Below the pieces are notes generated by a model. The model ran no database searches. It saw only the letters and a program-made list of their open reading frames with translations, and had not been told where the DNA came from. From assembly GCA_963842945.1 (NCBI GenBank), contig CAWJIM010000015.1:1-27993 (forward strand): DNA of 27,993 nt, given 5' to 3'. The translations under genes and the position numbers were made by a program. Of this stretch, positions 6,887 through 14,886 are shown piece by piece. How positions within the stretch are numbered: position 1 is the first letter of the stretch; every line of letters begins with the position of its first letter. This DNA comes from an uncultured Gemmatimonadales bacterium. GTDB taxonomy: Bacteria; Gemmatimonadota; Gemmatimonadetes; Gemmatimonadales; GWC2-71-9.

Positions 6887-9714
6887 TAGTTATAGCCGAA
6901 GAAGAAATGCACGAAGCTGGGCTCTCGCTGGCTCCGGTCAAGACTGTACCCCCGGAAGTTGCCATCACTGAAGCGGCGGCCCACGTCCAGCCGCAACACC
7001 GCGAACGGACCCAGGGCCAAGCGGAAGCTGATCCCCCAACTCCCCAGTAACGCCCGCTGCGAATCCTCGTGCAAAAGCGCCTTACCCACGTCGCCAAAGA
7101 ATCCCGCCTGAATTTCCGGGAAATCGATATCGCCCAGCGGGGTGCCGAGGGTCAGGTGAGTCAGCAGGGGAAACCTGAGCTCCTGGTTGAGCATGTAGGC
7201 TCGAGTTCCAACGATATAACCGAATTCAGGGTAGCCCCGCAGACCCAGGGTACCCCCGATGTTCACTCGCCGCGGGCGGTCGCCACCGCTGTAGAAGCCG
7301 AAGGCCCGGATCGCGTAGGCGGTCCGCGGTCCCAGCCGGAGGTAGCGGCGCCAGTCCCCACTCAACAGGTAGCTATCGAAGCGGCTGTTGGTGAAATCGC
7401 TGGAAATACCGCCGGTAAGACTCAACCTTCCTCCGTCGATGGGGCCCGAAGGAATCCAGAGCGAGTTGTCGTGCACGAAGCTTAAGTAATTCGATGCGAT
7501 CCAGCCGACCCGCCGCGGTTCGTCTACCGTAAGGGTGAAGTCCACCCGGTCCGAATGTTCCAGGACGGCAGTACCCTCCACTCGACTGAAGCGGCTCAAG
7601 GGATACCGCAGAAGACCGAGTGCCCCGTAAGCCAGTTCTTCATAGGCCACGACCAGGTCGCCCTCGTAGTTCCGGCTTCTGGTGCGAAACGCGCCCAGCC
7701 CCCAATTGAGCCGCCGCTGCTGATTTACATAGATCGCGCTGGCGCTGATGTTCGCAAACACACTGCCCAACCGGCGGCCCTGGAAAGACCCGATACTGCC
7801 ATACACGAGGTTGTCGCCCAGGAGATCGCTCATGAGAAACGATATTCCCTGCGCCCCGCCGTACCCCGGGATAAACGCGGCTCCTCCGGCTGCGAAATCG
7901 AGGGTGAGCCGGCGACGGTACGGCTCTCCCACGACCTTGGCCGTGGCCTTGCGGCTGCCGCTCGCCCAGGCCCACTGCGCTGGTGGCGGACCCGAATCCA
8001 GCACGAAGCGATCTTCGTGCGCAGCGGAGTCAACCGGGTATCGGTACAGGTTCCAGCTCAGGTCGTGAAATCCTCCTACCAGCAGCCCACCGCCGTCCGG
8101 CAACGGTACTGCATCGAATGCACCGCTCCAGGCGCTGGTTTCCCGCCGTCCGTTTCCGAGGCTGTCGGAGGAGAAGACGTTCAGTATGCCGTCCCGATCC
8201 GAGGTGAAATAGATCCGACCATCGGGTCCCCAGGTGGGGGCCTCATCGACCCAGTGCCCCCGGGTGAGCTGCCTAACATCTCCGGTAACCAGGTCGAGAA
8301 TGAACAGATTGACCGCCCCTTCGAGCCCACCTGCGGTGCGGTCGGACGCGAAGACCAGCCGGCGGCCGTCCGACGCGGGGCTGGGATCGAGGTCCTGGTA
8401 ATGGTCGCGGGTGAGCGGCTCCAGCTTTCCTTTTGGCAGGTGTACCCGATACAGATCGGAAACCCCGCTTTCGGAAAGCCCGCTGAACACGATGCTCCGT
8501 CCATCGCGCATCCACATGGGCGAAAGAATCGAGACCAGCCGCTCGAACTGGTAGCGCCCGACCACCTTTCCCCGATCGAGATCCCACACGACCAGGGCGT
8601 CCCGATCGCCGTAGCGCGCGGTGAACAACAGGTAACCCGCGCGGGAGGCATCCATCCGAGAGTCAAAGGGGTGAAACGCTTCAAGCTCGGCCGAGCGGCC
8701 GGCGGTGACGACCTTCCGCGCCCGGCCTCCGTCCACACCCTTTCGGTAGACACTGAGGTATCCCGTGGCGGGAGAGACGTAGGCCACTTCTCCCGGGTGC
8801 TCGCCAGTGGAATCAGGAATGAACGCCGGCTTGACCGCGAGCCGGCTGATCTCCCGCCCCGTTACGCCTAAGGGAGCAAGGTTACTGACCGAGGGGTAAA
8901 AGGTCCGGCGCATGGCGAGCTGAAATTCCTCGCTGAGCTGATCCAGCGACCGGCCATAGACGGCACGAATTGCCTCCTCAAAGTTGTCGTGCTGGTTCAG
9001 CTCCTTGTACATCAGGGCGGCCCGCCAGTCCCCGTAGGTGTCGGCCAGCCAACGGTGAATCTTGCCGCCGATCGGATAGACGATACCACCGGTGAAGTAG
9101 GTCAGCTGCTTGAACTGAGGCAGCTTCCCGCTGAGCGTGAGGTCCCTGAGGACCATGTAGTCCCGTGCGTCCTCCCCTCCGGACCAGAGCTCCGCCAGGC
9201 CTTCGCTCCACCACAACGGGAATCCAAACCGCCGGGCGCGGGGTGCCTGGTAATAGCTCTCCGACTGCATATCCAGCTGAAAGACGTGGACCATCTCGTG
9301 CCGCAGGGTGTGTCTGAACTCGGCGAAGTTGCCCCGAAACGGCAACGATACCCTTCGCTTGAGGAAGTCGGTGGCGCCGAGGAGTCCTTCGGGTGGGGTA
9401 AATGGCAGAATGTTGGTCTGCTCGAAGTCGGTATGGGATGCATAGACGATCAGCGGGATGCGGGCGCCAACCGCGTGACCGAATTGCAGTGAAAGCGTGT
9501 CATAACTCGCTTCGGCATACGCCAGCGCCGCGGGCACCAGGTCGGCCTCGGCTGGATAGTAGTACAGGTCTATGTGCGGCCCCCGAGTGACCCGCCAGTC
9601 GAGCCGGCGATACTGGACTTTATTCTGGCCGAAGGCAAAGAACTGGGCCGCTGCAGGCACGGAGAAGGCGGAGAGAAGGAACAAGGAAATCGCCACCCTG
9701 CAGATACGACTCAT
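6883..9714 (-). CDS. Omp85/BamA-superfamily outer-membrane protein with N-terminal HEXXH peptidase-like domain and PD40 (TolB-like) propeller
   Basis: Signal peptide, FGQNKVQY, LRHEMVH...WWSEGLAE, PD40-type repeats (DLDPSPASDGRRLVFASDR, APTWGPDGRIYFTSDR), LRGY barrel-loop motif, C-terminal FFFGYNY beta-signal. Confidence 0.88.
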   Translation of the reverse strand: MSRICRVAISLFLLSAFSVPAAAQFFAFGQNKVQYRRLDWRVTRGPHIDLYYYPAEADLVPAALAYAEASYDTLSLQFGHAVGARIPLIVYASHTDFEQTNILPFTPPEGLLGATDFLKRRVSLPFRGNFAEFRHTLRHEMVHVFQLDMQSESYYQAPRARRFGFPLWWSEGLAELWSGGEDARDYMVLRDLTLSGKLPQFKQLTYFTGGIVYPIGGKIHRWLADTYGDWRAALMYKELNQHDNFEEAIRAVYGRSLDQLSEEFQLAMRRTFYPSVSNLAPLGVTGREISRLAVKPAFIPDSTGEHPGEVAYVSPATGYLSVYRKGVDGGRARKVVTAGRSAELEAFHPFDSRMDASRAGYLLFTARYGDRDALVVWDLDRGKVVGRYQFERLVSILSPMWMRDGRSIVFSGLSESGVSDLYRVHLPKGKLEPLTRDHYQDLDPSPASDGRRLVFASDRTAGGLEGAVNLFILDLVTGDVRQLTRGHWVDEAPTWGPDGRIYFTSDRDGILNVFSSDSLGNGRRETSAWSGAFDAVPLPDGGGLLVGGFHDLSWNLYRYPVDSAAHEDRFVLDSGPPPAQWAWASGSRKATAKVVGEPYRRRLTLDFAAGGAAFIPGYGGAQGISFLMSDLLGDNLVYGSIGSFQGRRLGSVFANISASAIYVNQQRRLNWGLGAFRTRSRNYEGDLVVAYEELAYGALGLLRYPLSRFSRVEGTAVLEHSDRVDFTLTVDEPRRVGWIASNYLSFVHDNSLWIPSGPIDGGRLSLTGGISSDFTNSRFDSYLLSGDWRRYLRLGPRTAYAIRAFGFYSGGDRPRRVNIGGTLGLRGYPEFGYIVGTRAYMLNQELRFPLLTHLTLGTPLGDIDFPEIQAGFFGDVGKALLHEDSQRALLGSWGISFRLALGPFAVLRLDVGRRFSDGNFRGYSLDRSQREPSFVHFFFGYNY

Positions 9715-9747
9715 GAGTGCATCTCCGTCATTGCCACTTCCTCTAGC

Positions 9748-11778
9748 CTATCGATGGATCGTTCGGATCAAGTCGCCCTGGCTGATCCGCGACAGCGGGC
9801 CGAAGTTGCCCACCACTTTCCCGAATACCGTGTACGTCCCATCCAGGTGAGGTTGGGGGGAGAGCGTAATGAACCATTGACTGGCCCCGGTATCGGGGCC
9901 GGAAAGGGCCATTCCCAGCACCGGCCTGGCACCATAGCGATTGCGGTTGATCTCGTCCCGTATGGAGCCGCCGGGCCCGCCGAAACCATCACCCCGCGGA
10001 TCGCCGTCTTGCACCACGAAATTCGGCACCACCCGATGCCACCGGTTGCCGTCGAAGAACCGGCGGTCAAGCAGACGGAGGAAGTTGGCCACGGTCATGG
10101 GCGCCTCGGGTCCGAACAGCTCCACCTCCAGCGCACCGCGTTGCTCCGTCTCTATAAAGACATGAGGCCTCGCCAGAGAATCGGGTGCCAGGATGAATTG
10201 CCGGGTCAGCTCGCGATAATCCTGCAGGGTGCGTCCGGTGGAGAGCGGATAAGCTGAACCCCACCGCTCCGCCGCCTCAGGCCAGTTGGCCTCAGCCCAA
10301 CGGCGCAACAGATAGTTGGTGGGGCGCGGGACGGCAGCGAGAAATTCCCGCTCGATCTGCGAGCCGGCAGCGCCACCCCTTTTTGAAATGGACTGGAGCG
10401 CCCCTAGTGCTGATAACGAGGCCTCGGGAAACGAGTCCCGGAGGGAGCGGGTGTACATCTCAACCAGCGGAGTGATGTCGGCCGGGGACGCTGCTCGGGC
10501 CAAAGCATCAGCGGAGACACTGCGAACCGCCGCGTCGGCATGGCCGAGCAGCCGACGGGCTGCCCCGATGAGCGCTGGCTCGGGTCCCGAAACTGCGTCA
10601 GCCCAGGCCTGAAGTCCGCTCGCGATAACCCGGCCGTCCCGATCAGAGAGGAACGCGGGCGTTCCAGTGTGGCCCGTGCGGGCCCATCCCTCCGCGGCGG
10701 CCGCGCGCGCTCTCCAGTCAGAATTCGACCTCCACGGTTCAGCTGCTGTCGCGAACCCCGCCCGATCGATTCGCGCTAACCCCAGCAACGCTTCGCGGCG
10801 AACGGCAAACCCTGCCTTCGACTGGACCAGTCGCCGCAAAGTGGCGGCCGCAACCGAGCCGCCCAGCTCTCCCAGACTGGATGTCGCCTGAACCCGGACA
10901 TTCAGGTCTGGATCTTCGACCTTGGAAGCAACCGCAGCCGAAAGCAGAGAGTCGTGGTACGTGCCGAGCGCGCGGAGCGCGTTGGTCCGAACACCGGGAT
11001 CCTCATCGTCCACCTCCCGGGCCAGCAGGCCGGATACTGTTGCGGGCGCGAGCTTGGCTCCCCGGGCGTACTCCCGAGTCAGCGCCCTGGCAGCCGTGGC
11101 CCTGGTCTCGGCATCATCGGCCCGCAGAGCAACAATCAGATGATTGCCTGCTTCAGGCGAACGGAGTCGACCGAGCGAATAAAGGGCACGCCACCGGACA
11201 TCCCGAACGGTATCGTCGGCAAAGGGCAGGAGCGACGCGGCTTGGGCGTCCTGCCCCAGGCGCCAGGTCTCCAGCAACATCTGCCCCAGGGCCGGAGCCG
11301 GATCGGCTTGGCTCAGAGCGATCTTCCCGCCCAGCGCGGAAGCGAAGAAGTCCGCGGTTCGCTTTCCTCCGATCTTCGCCAGAGCGGTGACTGCCTCGCT
11401 TGCGGTGGCGGTATCCAGTGGCGGCAGGCCGGTCAACCGCTGGATCAGTGGCTCGACCGTGGAAGAATCACGAAGCAGACCCAAGGCGAAGGCGGCGGCG
11501 ACCCGAACCGTGGAATCAGGTTGGTCCAACACCCGCAGCAGGAGCGGCGTCGCTCGGAGATCTCCGATCCGGCCGGCGGCGAGCGCGGCGGTGCGGCGGA
11601 CCAGAGAGTCGGGGGCGAGGAGCGCCCGTTGAAACAGATCGGGTTGCCAGTCGCGAGCATCCTCGGCGGCCAGCACTGGTGCCAACTGCTCGACCACGGC
11701 TTCATCCTGAGCTGCCAGGCGAGGCGGGGTCAGGAGCACTGCGCTCAAGAGGACCAGGCCGCCGAGTTGTCTCATCAT
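9748..11778 (-). CDS. Exported HEAT-repeat protein with C-terminal cyclophilin-type peptidyl-prolyl isomerase
   Basis: Signal peptide MMRQLGGLVLLSAVLLTPPRLAA-Q, repeated D..VR..A..ALG units, and APMTVANF, WHRVVPNFVVQDGD, GASQWFI, HLDGTYTVFGKV motifs. Start 11778 from the ATGA overlap with the thioesterase stop. Confidence 0.9.
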   Translation of the reverse strand: MMRQLGGLVLLSAVLLTPPRLAAQDEAVVEQLAPVLAAEDARDWQPDLFQRALLAPDSLVRRTAALAAGRIGDLRATPLLLRVLDQPDSTVRVAAAFALGLLRDSSTVEPLIQRLTGLPPLDTATASEAVTALAKIGGKRTADFFASALGGKIALSQADPAPALGQMLLETWRLGQDAQAASLLPFADDTVRDVRWRALYSLGRLRSPEAGNHLIVALRADDAETRATAARALTREYARGAKLAPATVSGLLAREVDDEDPGVRTNALRALGTYHDSLLSAAVASKVEDPDLNVRVQATSSLGELGGSVAAATLRRLVQSKAGFAVRREALLGLARIDRAGFATAAEPWRSNSDWRARAAAAEGWARTGHTGTPAFLSDRDGRVIASGLQAWADAVSGPEPALIGAARRLLGHADAAVRSVSADALARAASPADITPLVEMYTRSLRDSFPEASLSALGALQSISKRGGAAGSQIEREFLAAVPRPTNYLLRRWAEANWPEAAERWGSAYPLSTGRTLQDYRELTRQFILAPDSLARPHVFIETEQRGALEVELFGPEAPMTVANFLRLLDRRFFDGNRWHRVVPNFVVQDGDPRGDGFGGPGGSIRDEINRNRYGARPVLGMALSGPDTGASQWFITLSPQPHLDGTYTVFGKVVGNFGPLSRISQGDLIRTIHR

Positions 11779-12212
11779 GCCAGCCTGATCGGGTCCGGGA
11801 TGGGATGAAGAACGTGACGGACCCGCTCCGGTAAGCGGGCCAGCGCCATTCCGACATCGAGGGCGAGAAGCCGGGTAGAGGCGGTTGCCAGCAAGCGTTG
11901 ATCCTCGGCGTGTTCGACGGCATAGCCGAAATCCACCCGTCGTGAGGCTACTTCGCGCACCCAGCATCGAATCCGGATAAGATCGTCGTAGCGGGCGGGC
12001 TGGCGATATCTGATGGCGAGCTCGCTGACGGCGAGTCGCAGGCCAGCCTGCTCCAGCTCGCGATAACTCATCCCGCTCAGCCGCAGGTGCTCGCAACGGG
12101 CGACGTCCAGCCAGACCAGATACCGGGCGTGGTAGACCACGCCCATCTGATCGGTCTCGGAGTAGTTGACCCGTACGGTGGTCTCCGAGATCGACGGAAC
12201 CGTGCTGGCCAT
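11775..12212 (-). CDS. YbgC/FadM-family acyl-CoA thioesterase (hotdog fold)
   Basis: VRVNYSETDQMGVVYHARYLVWLDVAR and YRQPARYDD motifs. ATG at 12212. Confidence 0.93.
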   Translation of the reverse strand: MASTVPSISETTVRVNYSETDQMGVVYHARYLVWLDVARCEHLRLSGMSYRELEQAGLRLAVSELAIRYRQPARYDDLIRIRCWVREVASRRVDFGYAVEHAEDQRLLATASTRLLALDVGMALARLPERVRHVLHPIPDPIRLA

Positions 12213-12310
12213 GGCAGCCTCAGGGGTTAGACGTTCGGGACGTTGGGGCTGACACGCGCCGGACGAGGAGCCGGTTGCACCGGGGTATGCGGGAGTCCAT
12301 CTTTGGCGCC

Positions 12311-13048
12311 GTGCTGGGCCGTACCCTCGTGATCGTGTCTGACGCCCACCTCGGAGTTGCGCCACCGGGTACCGAGGAGGCACTGCTCGAATTCTTCGAC
12401 GCGGTGCCTGGGCTGGGCGATTGTCTGCTGATCAACGGCGATCTCTTCGATTTCTGGTTTACCTACTCACGGGTCATTCCCCGGCGCGGCTTTCATGTGG
12501 CCGCGGCACTCGCCCGACTTAGGCGTCGAGTGCCCATCGTGATGGTGGGAGGAAATCACGACCGCTGGGACCGCGACTTCTGGGAGCGGGATCTCGGGCT
12601 CTGCTTCAACCCGCATCGCGCAACCTTCCAGATCGGTGATCGGACCGTCAGTGCAGTCCACGGAGATGGACTGGCTGAGCCCCGCTGGCAGGCCAAACTG
12701 ATCCACCGGATGATTCAACATCCAGCCACTGCCGCGGTATACCGCGTGCTCCATCCCGACTTCGGTCTTCGGCTGGTGGATATTTTGAGTCCCGTTCTGG
12801 GCGATCACACCATGGACGAAGCGAAGTTAGCCCGGGCGGCTGCGCGGCAGCGGGCCTGGGCTGAACAGCTTCTTTCAACCGACTCAGGAGTCGGACTGCT
12901 GGTCATGGGGCATACCCATCAGCCAATGCTGGCCGAACCGAGCCCCGGGCGGATGTACCTCAATCCGGGTGCGTGGTTCGACGGACATCGCTACGCCGTC
13001 GCCACCGATTCGGGGGCCGAGCTCTGCACCTTCCATCCCAAGTCTTAG
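12311..13048 (+). CDS. lpxH: UDP-2,3-diacylglucosamine diphosphatase (LpxH-like calcineurin-type metallophosphoesterase)
   Basis: SDAHLG, GDLFDFW, GNHD, HGDG, GHTH and NPGAW motifs. Start could be GTG 12311 or ATG 12287. Confidence 0.82.
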   Translation: MLGRTLVIVSDAHLGVAPPGTEEALLEFFDAVPGLGDCLLINGDLFDFWFTYSRVIPRRGFHVAAALARLRRRVPIVMVGGNHDRWDRDFWERDLGLCFNPHRATFQIGDRTVSAVHGDGLAEPRWQAKLIHRMIQHPATAAVYRVLHPDFGLRLVDILSPVLGDHTMDEAKLARAAARQRAWAEQLLSTDSGVGLLVMGHTHQPMLAEPSPGRMYLNPGAWFDGHRYAVATDSGAELCTFHPKS

Positions 13049-13074
13049 CTCGGGATCTCGGCGAGCCGATCCGA

Positions 13075-13875
13075 TCATCCCAACGGCACCACCTCGGCTC
13101 TCGCCAGCCGTTCTCCGATGAAGCGCGATCCAACCTGCCGAAATCTGGCTTCGTCGTCGCTCACCACAAATCGATGGTGTACTGCCGCGGCGGCGGTCGC
13201 CTCCAGCTGCTTGTCCTTCAGAATCGATTCCAGGGCCGAGGCAGTGGCCTGACCACTGTCGATCAGCTTCACCTCGGGACCCATCACCCGTTGGAGTAGT
13301 GGCTTCAACAAGGGGTAATGGGTGCAACCCAGCACCAGGGCGCGAACACAGGCCTGCCGCAGCTCGCGGAGATAGTCGGCGGCCACCAGCTCGGTCGCAG
13401 GATGATCGAACCAGCCTTCCTCTACAAAAGGAACGAAGAGCGGGCAGGCCCGCTGCACCACTGGAGTGCCGGGGGCGAGTGCCTGAATTGCGCGGTTGTA
13501 GGCGTCACTCGCAATCGTTCCGGCGGTGCCAATTACGCCGATCGGCCCGCCGTCGCCCGCAGCCACCGCAGCCCGAGCGCCCGGCTTGATCACACCAAGC
13601 ACCGGCACTGGGGTGGCTTCCTGTAGAGTGCGGAGCGCGTGCGCCGTGCTGGTATTGCAGGCCACCACCACGGCCTTGACGCCCTGGCTCAGTAACCAGT
13701 GAAGGATCTCCAGACTGTAGCGCTTTACTGTCTCCGGCGATTTGGGGCCGTAAGGCACGCGGGCGGTGTCCCCAAAGTAGATGGTGGACTCCTGTGGCAG
13801 GCGCTCGTAGATAGCCCGCGCAACGGTGAGCCCTCCGATACCGGAATCGAAGATGCCGATTGGTGCCGGATTCAT
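13075..13875 (-). CDS. murI: Glutamate racemase
   Basis: IGIFDSGIGGLTV, GDTARVPYGPKS and catalytic ACNTS and LGCTHYP motifs. Confidence 0.98.
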   Translation of the reverse strand: MNPAPIGIFDSGIGGLTVARAIYERLPQESTIYFGDTARVPYGPKSPETVKRYSLEILHWLLSQGVKAVVVACNTSTAHALRTLQEATPVPVLGVIKPGARAAVAAGDGGPIGVIGTAGTIASDAYNRAIQALAPGTPVVQRACPLFVPFVEEGWFDHPATELVAADYLRELRQACVRALVLGCTHYPLLKPLLQRVMGPEVKLIDSGQATASALESILKDKQLEATAAAAVHHRFVVSDDEARFRQVGSRFIGERLARAEVVPLG

Positions 13876-14402
13876 GGTAGCCTTACTGGCAAAGAAACAC
13901 CCGCTCCGGCTCCTCCCGGCACGGCCTCCAGATGGAGGTCGCCGGGAAAATCTGCCAAGTGAGCGGAGATGTAGGCCTCCAGTCCGGCAAGGACATGATT
14001 GAAGCCCAGCAGCACCACCCAGTCTTCATGTTCCTGACGCTTGTCATCCGCCCTGCCGGAGTTAGTCCGTCGCAGATACTCCAGCTCGTGCAGGGTCTTC
14101 AGACTCATGCCAAGGGTGACGCCCTCCCACGCAATAAAGAGTCCCGCCGTGAGCTTCCGGTCCAGGCGGGCCTGACCCCAGCCGGGCAGCAGCAGCGAAC
14201 GCCACAGCGCGGCGGACGGACTGAGGTAGCGGCGAGTCAGCGAGTCCGGCGCGGCCGGGGCCCGAGCAGGCGTGGCGGCGGGCTGTGCCGGACGGGGCTG
14301 CACCTGCGCGGCAAGCTGAGTGGCTGTCAGCGGGCCGAGTAGAGTAATGGAAGCGAGTGCTGCCCGAAAAAGGTGGCGGGAGCGTGTGGGAATCGAACCC
14401 AC
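13872..14402 (-). CDS. Hypothetical exported/membrane protein (DUF5683-like SLLLPGWGQ motif); start appears to lie inside tRNA-Sec
   Basis: SPSAALWRSLLLPGWGQ plus hydrophobic segments. Stop overlaps the murI start (ATGA). Signal-peptide-like TRSRHLFRAALASITLLGPLTATQLAA-Q. Candidate in-frame starts: GTG 14402, ATG 14426, GTG 14504, or GTG downstream of the signal peptide. Confidence 0.75.
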   Translation of the reverse strand: MGSIPTRSRHLFRAALASITLLGPLTATQLAAQVQPRPAQPAATPARAPAAPDSLTRRYLSPSAALWRSLLLPGWGQARLDRKLTAGLFIAWEGVTLGMSLKTLHELEYLRRTNSGRADDKRQEHEDWVVLLGFNHVLAGLEAYISAHLADFPGDLHLEAVPGGAGAGVSLPVRLP

Positions 14403-14471
14403 CGGAGCCGCCGAAGGCGCCTCCATCGCGGTTTTGAAGACCGGCCGAACCACCAGGCCCGATCCGCTCCC
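14374..14471 (-). tRNA. selC: tRNA-Sec (anticodon TCA), CCA encoded
   Basis: 98 nt. Extended acceptor GGGAGCGG/ACGCTCCC, 6-bp D stem CGGGCC-TGGT-GGTTCG, CTTCAAA anticodon loop, long variable arm, GTGGG-TTCGATT-CCCAC T arm, G discriminator plus CCA. Confidence 0.95.
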
Positions 14472-14493
14472 GTATGGAAGGTAAGCCGTGAGC

Positions 14494-14886
14494 TTAACCC
14501 TCACCGCTCACCGCTGCTATCACCTCGATCTCGACCCTGGCACCGCGCGGAAGAGCGGCTACCGCCACCGTTGATCTTGCCGGGCGGTGCTGCCCGAACG
14601 CTCTGCCATAGATCTCGTTCATCGGGGCGAAATCGGCCATGTCAACCAAAAAGACCGTGGTTTTCACGACCTGGGAGAAATCGGTCCCCGCTTCCTTCAA
14701 GATGGCGCGGAGGTTCTCCAAGGCACGCGTCGTCTGTTCCGTGATCCCACCTGGGACGAGCTCACCCTTGGCCGGGTCGAGTGCCACCTGGCCGGCGGTA
14801 AATAGAAAACCGTTGGCGATGACGCCCTGGCTGTAGGGCCCTATCGCCTGGGGGGCTCCCGCCGTGCTGACGAAGTCGAGCGGCAT
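14494..14886 (-). CDS. ridA: RidA/YjgF family reactive intermediate deaminase
   Basis: APQAIGPYSQG, AGQVALDP, VVKTTVFL, PARSTVAVAALP and VEIE motifs. Confidence 0.95.
   Translation of the reverse strand: MPLDFVSTAGAPQAIGPYSQGVIANGFLFTAGQVALDPAKGELVPGGITEQTTRALENLRAILKEAGTDFSQVVKTTVFLVDMADFAPMNEIYGRAFGQHRPARSTVAVAALPRGARVEIEVIAAVSGEG

Noticed and set aside
13049..13074. Terminator between convergent lpxH-like and murI genes
   Set aside because: Only a weak imperfect stem and no U-tract.
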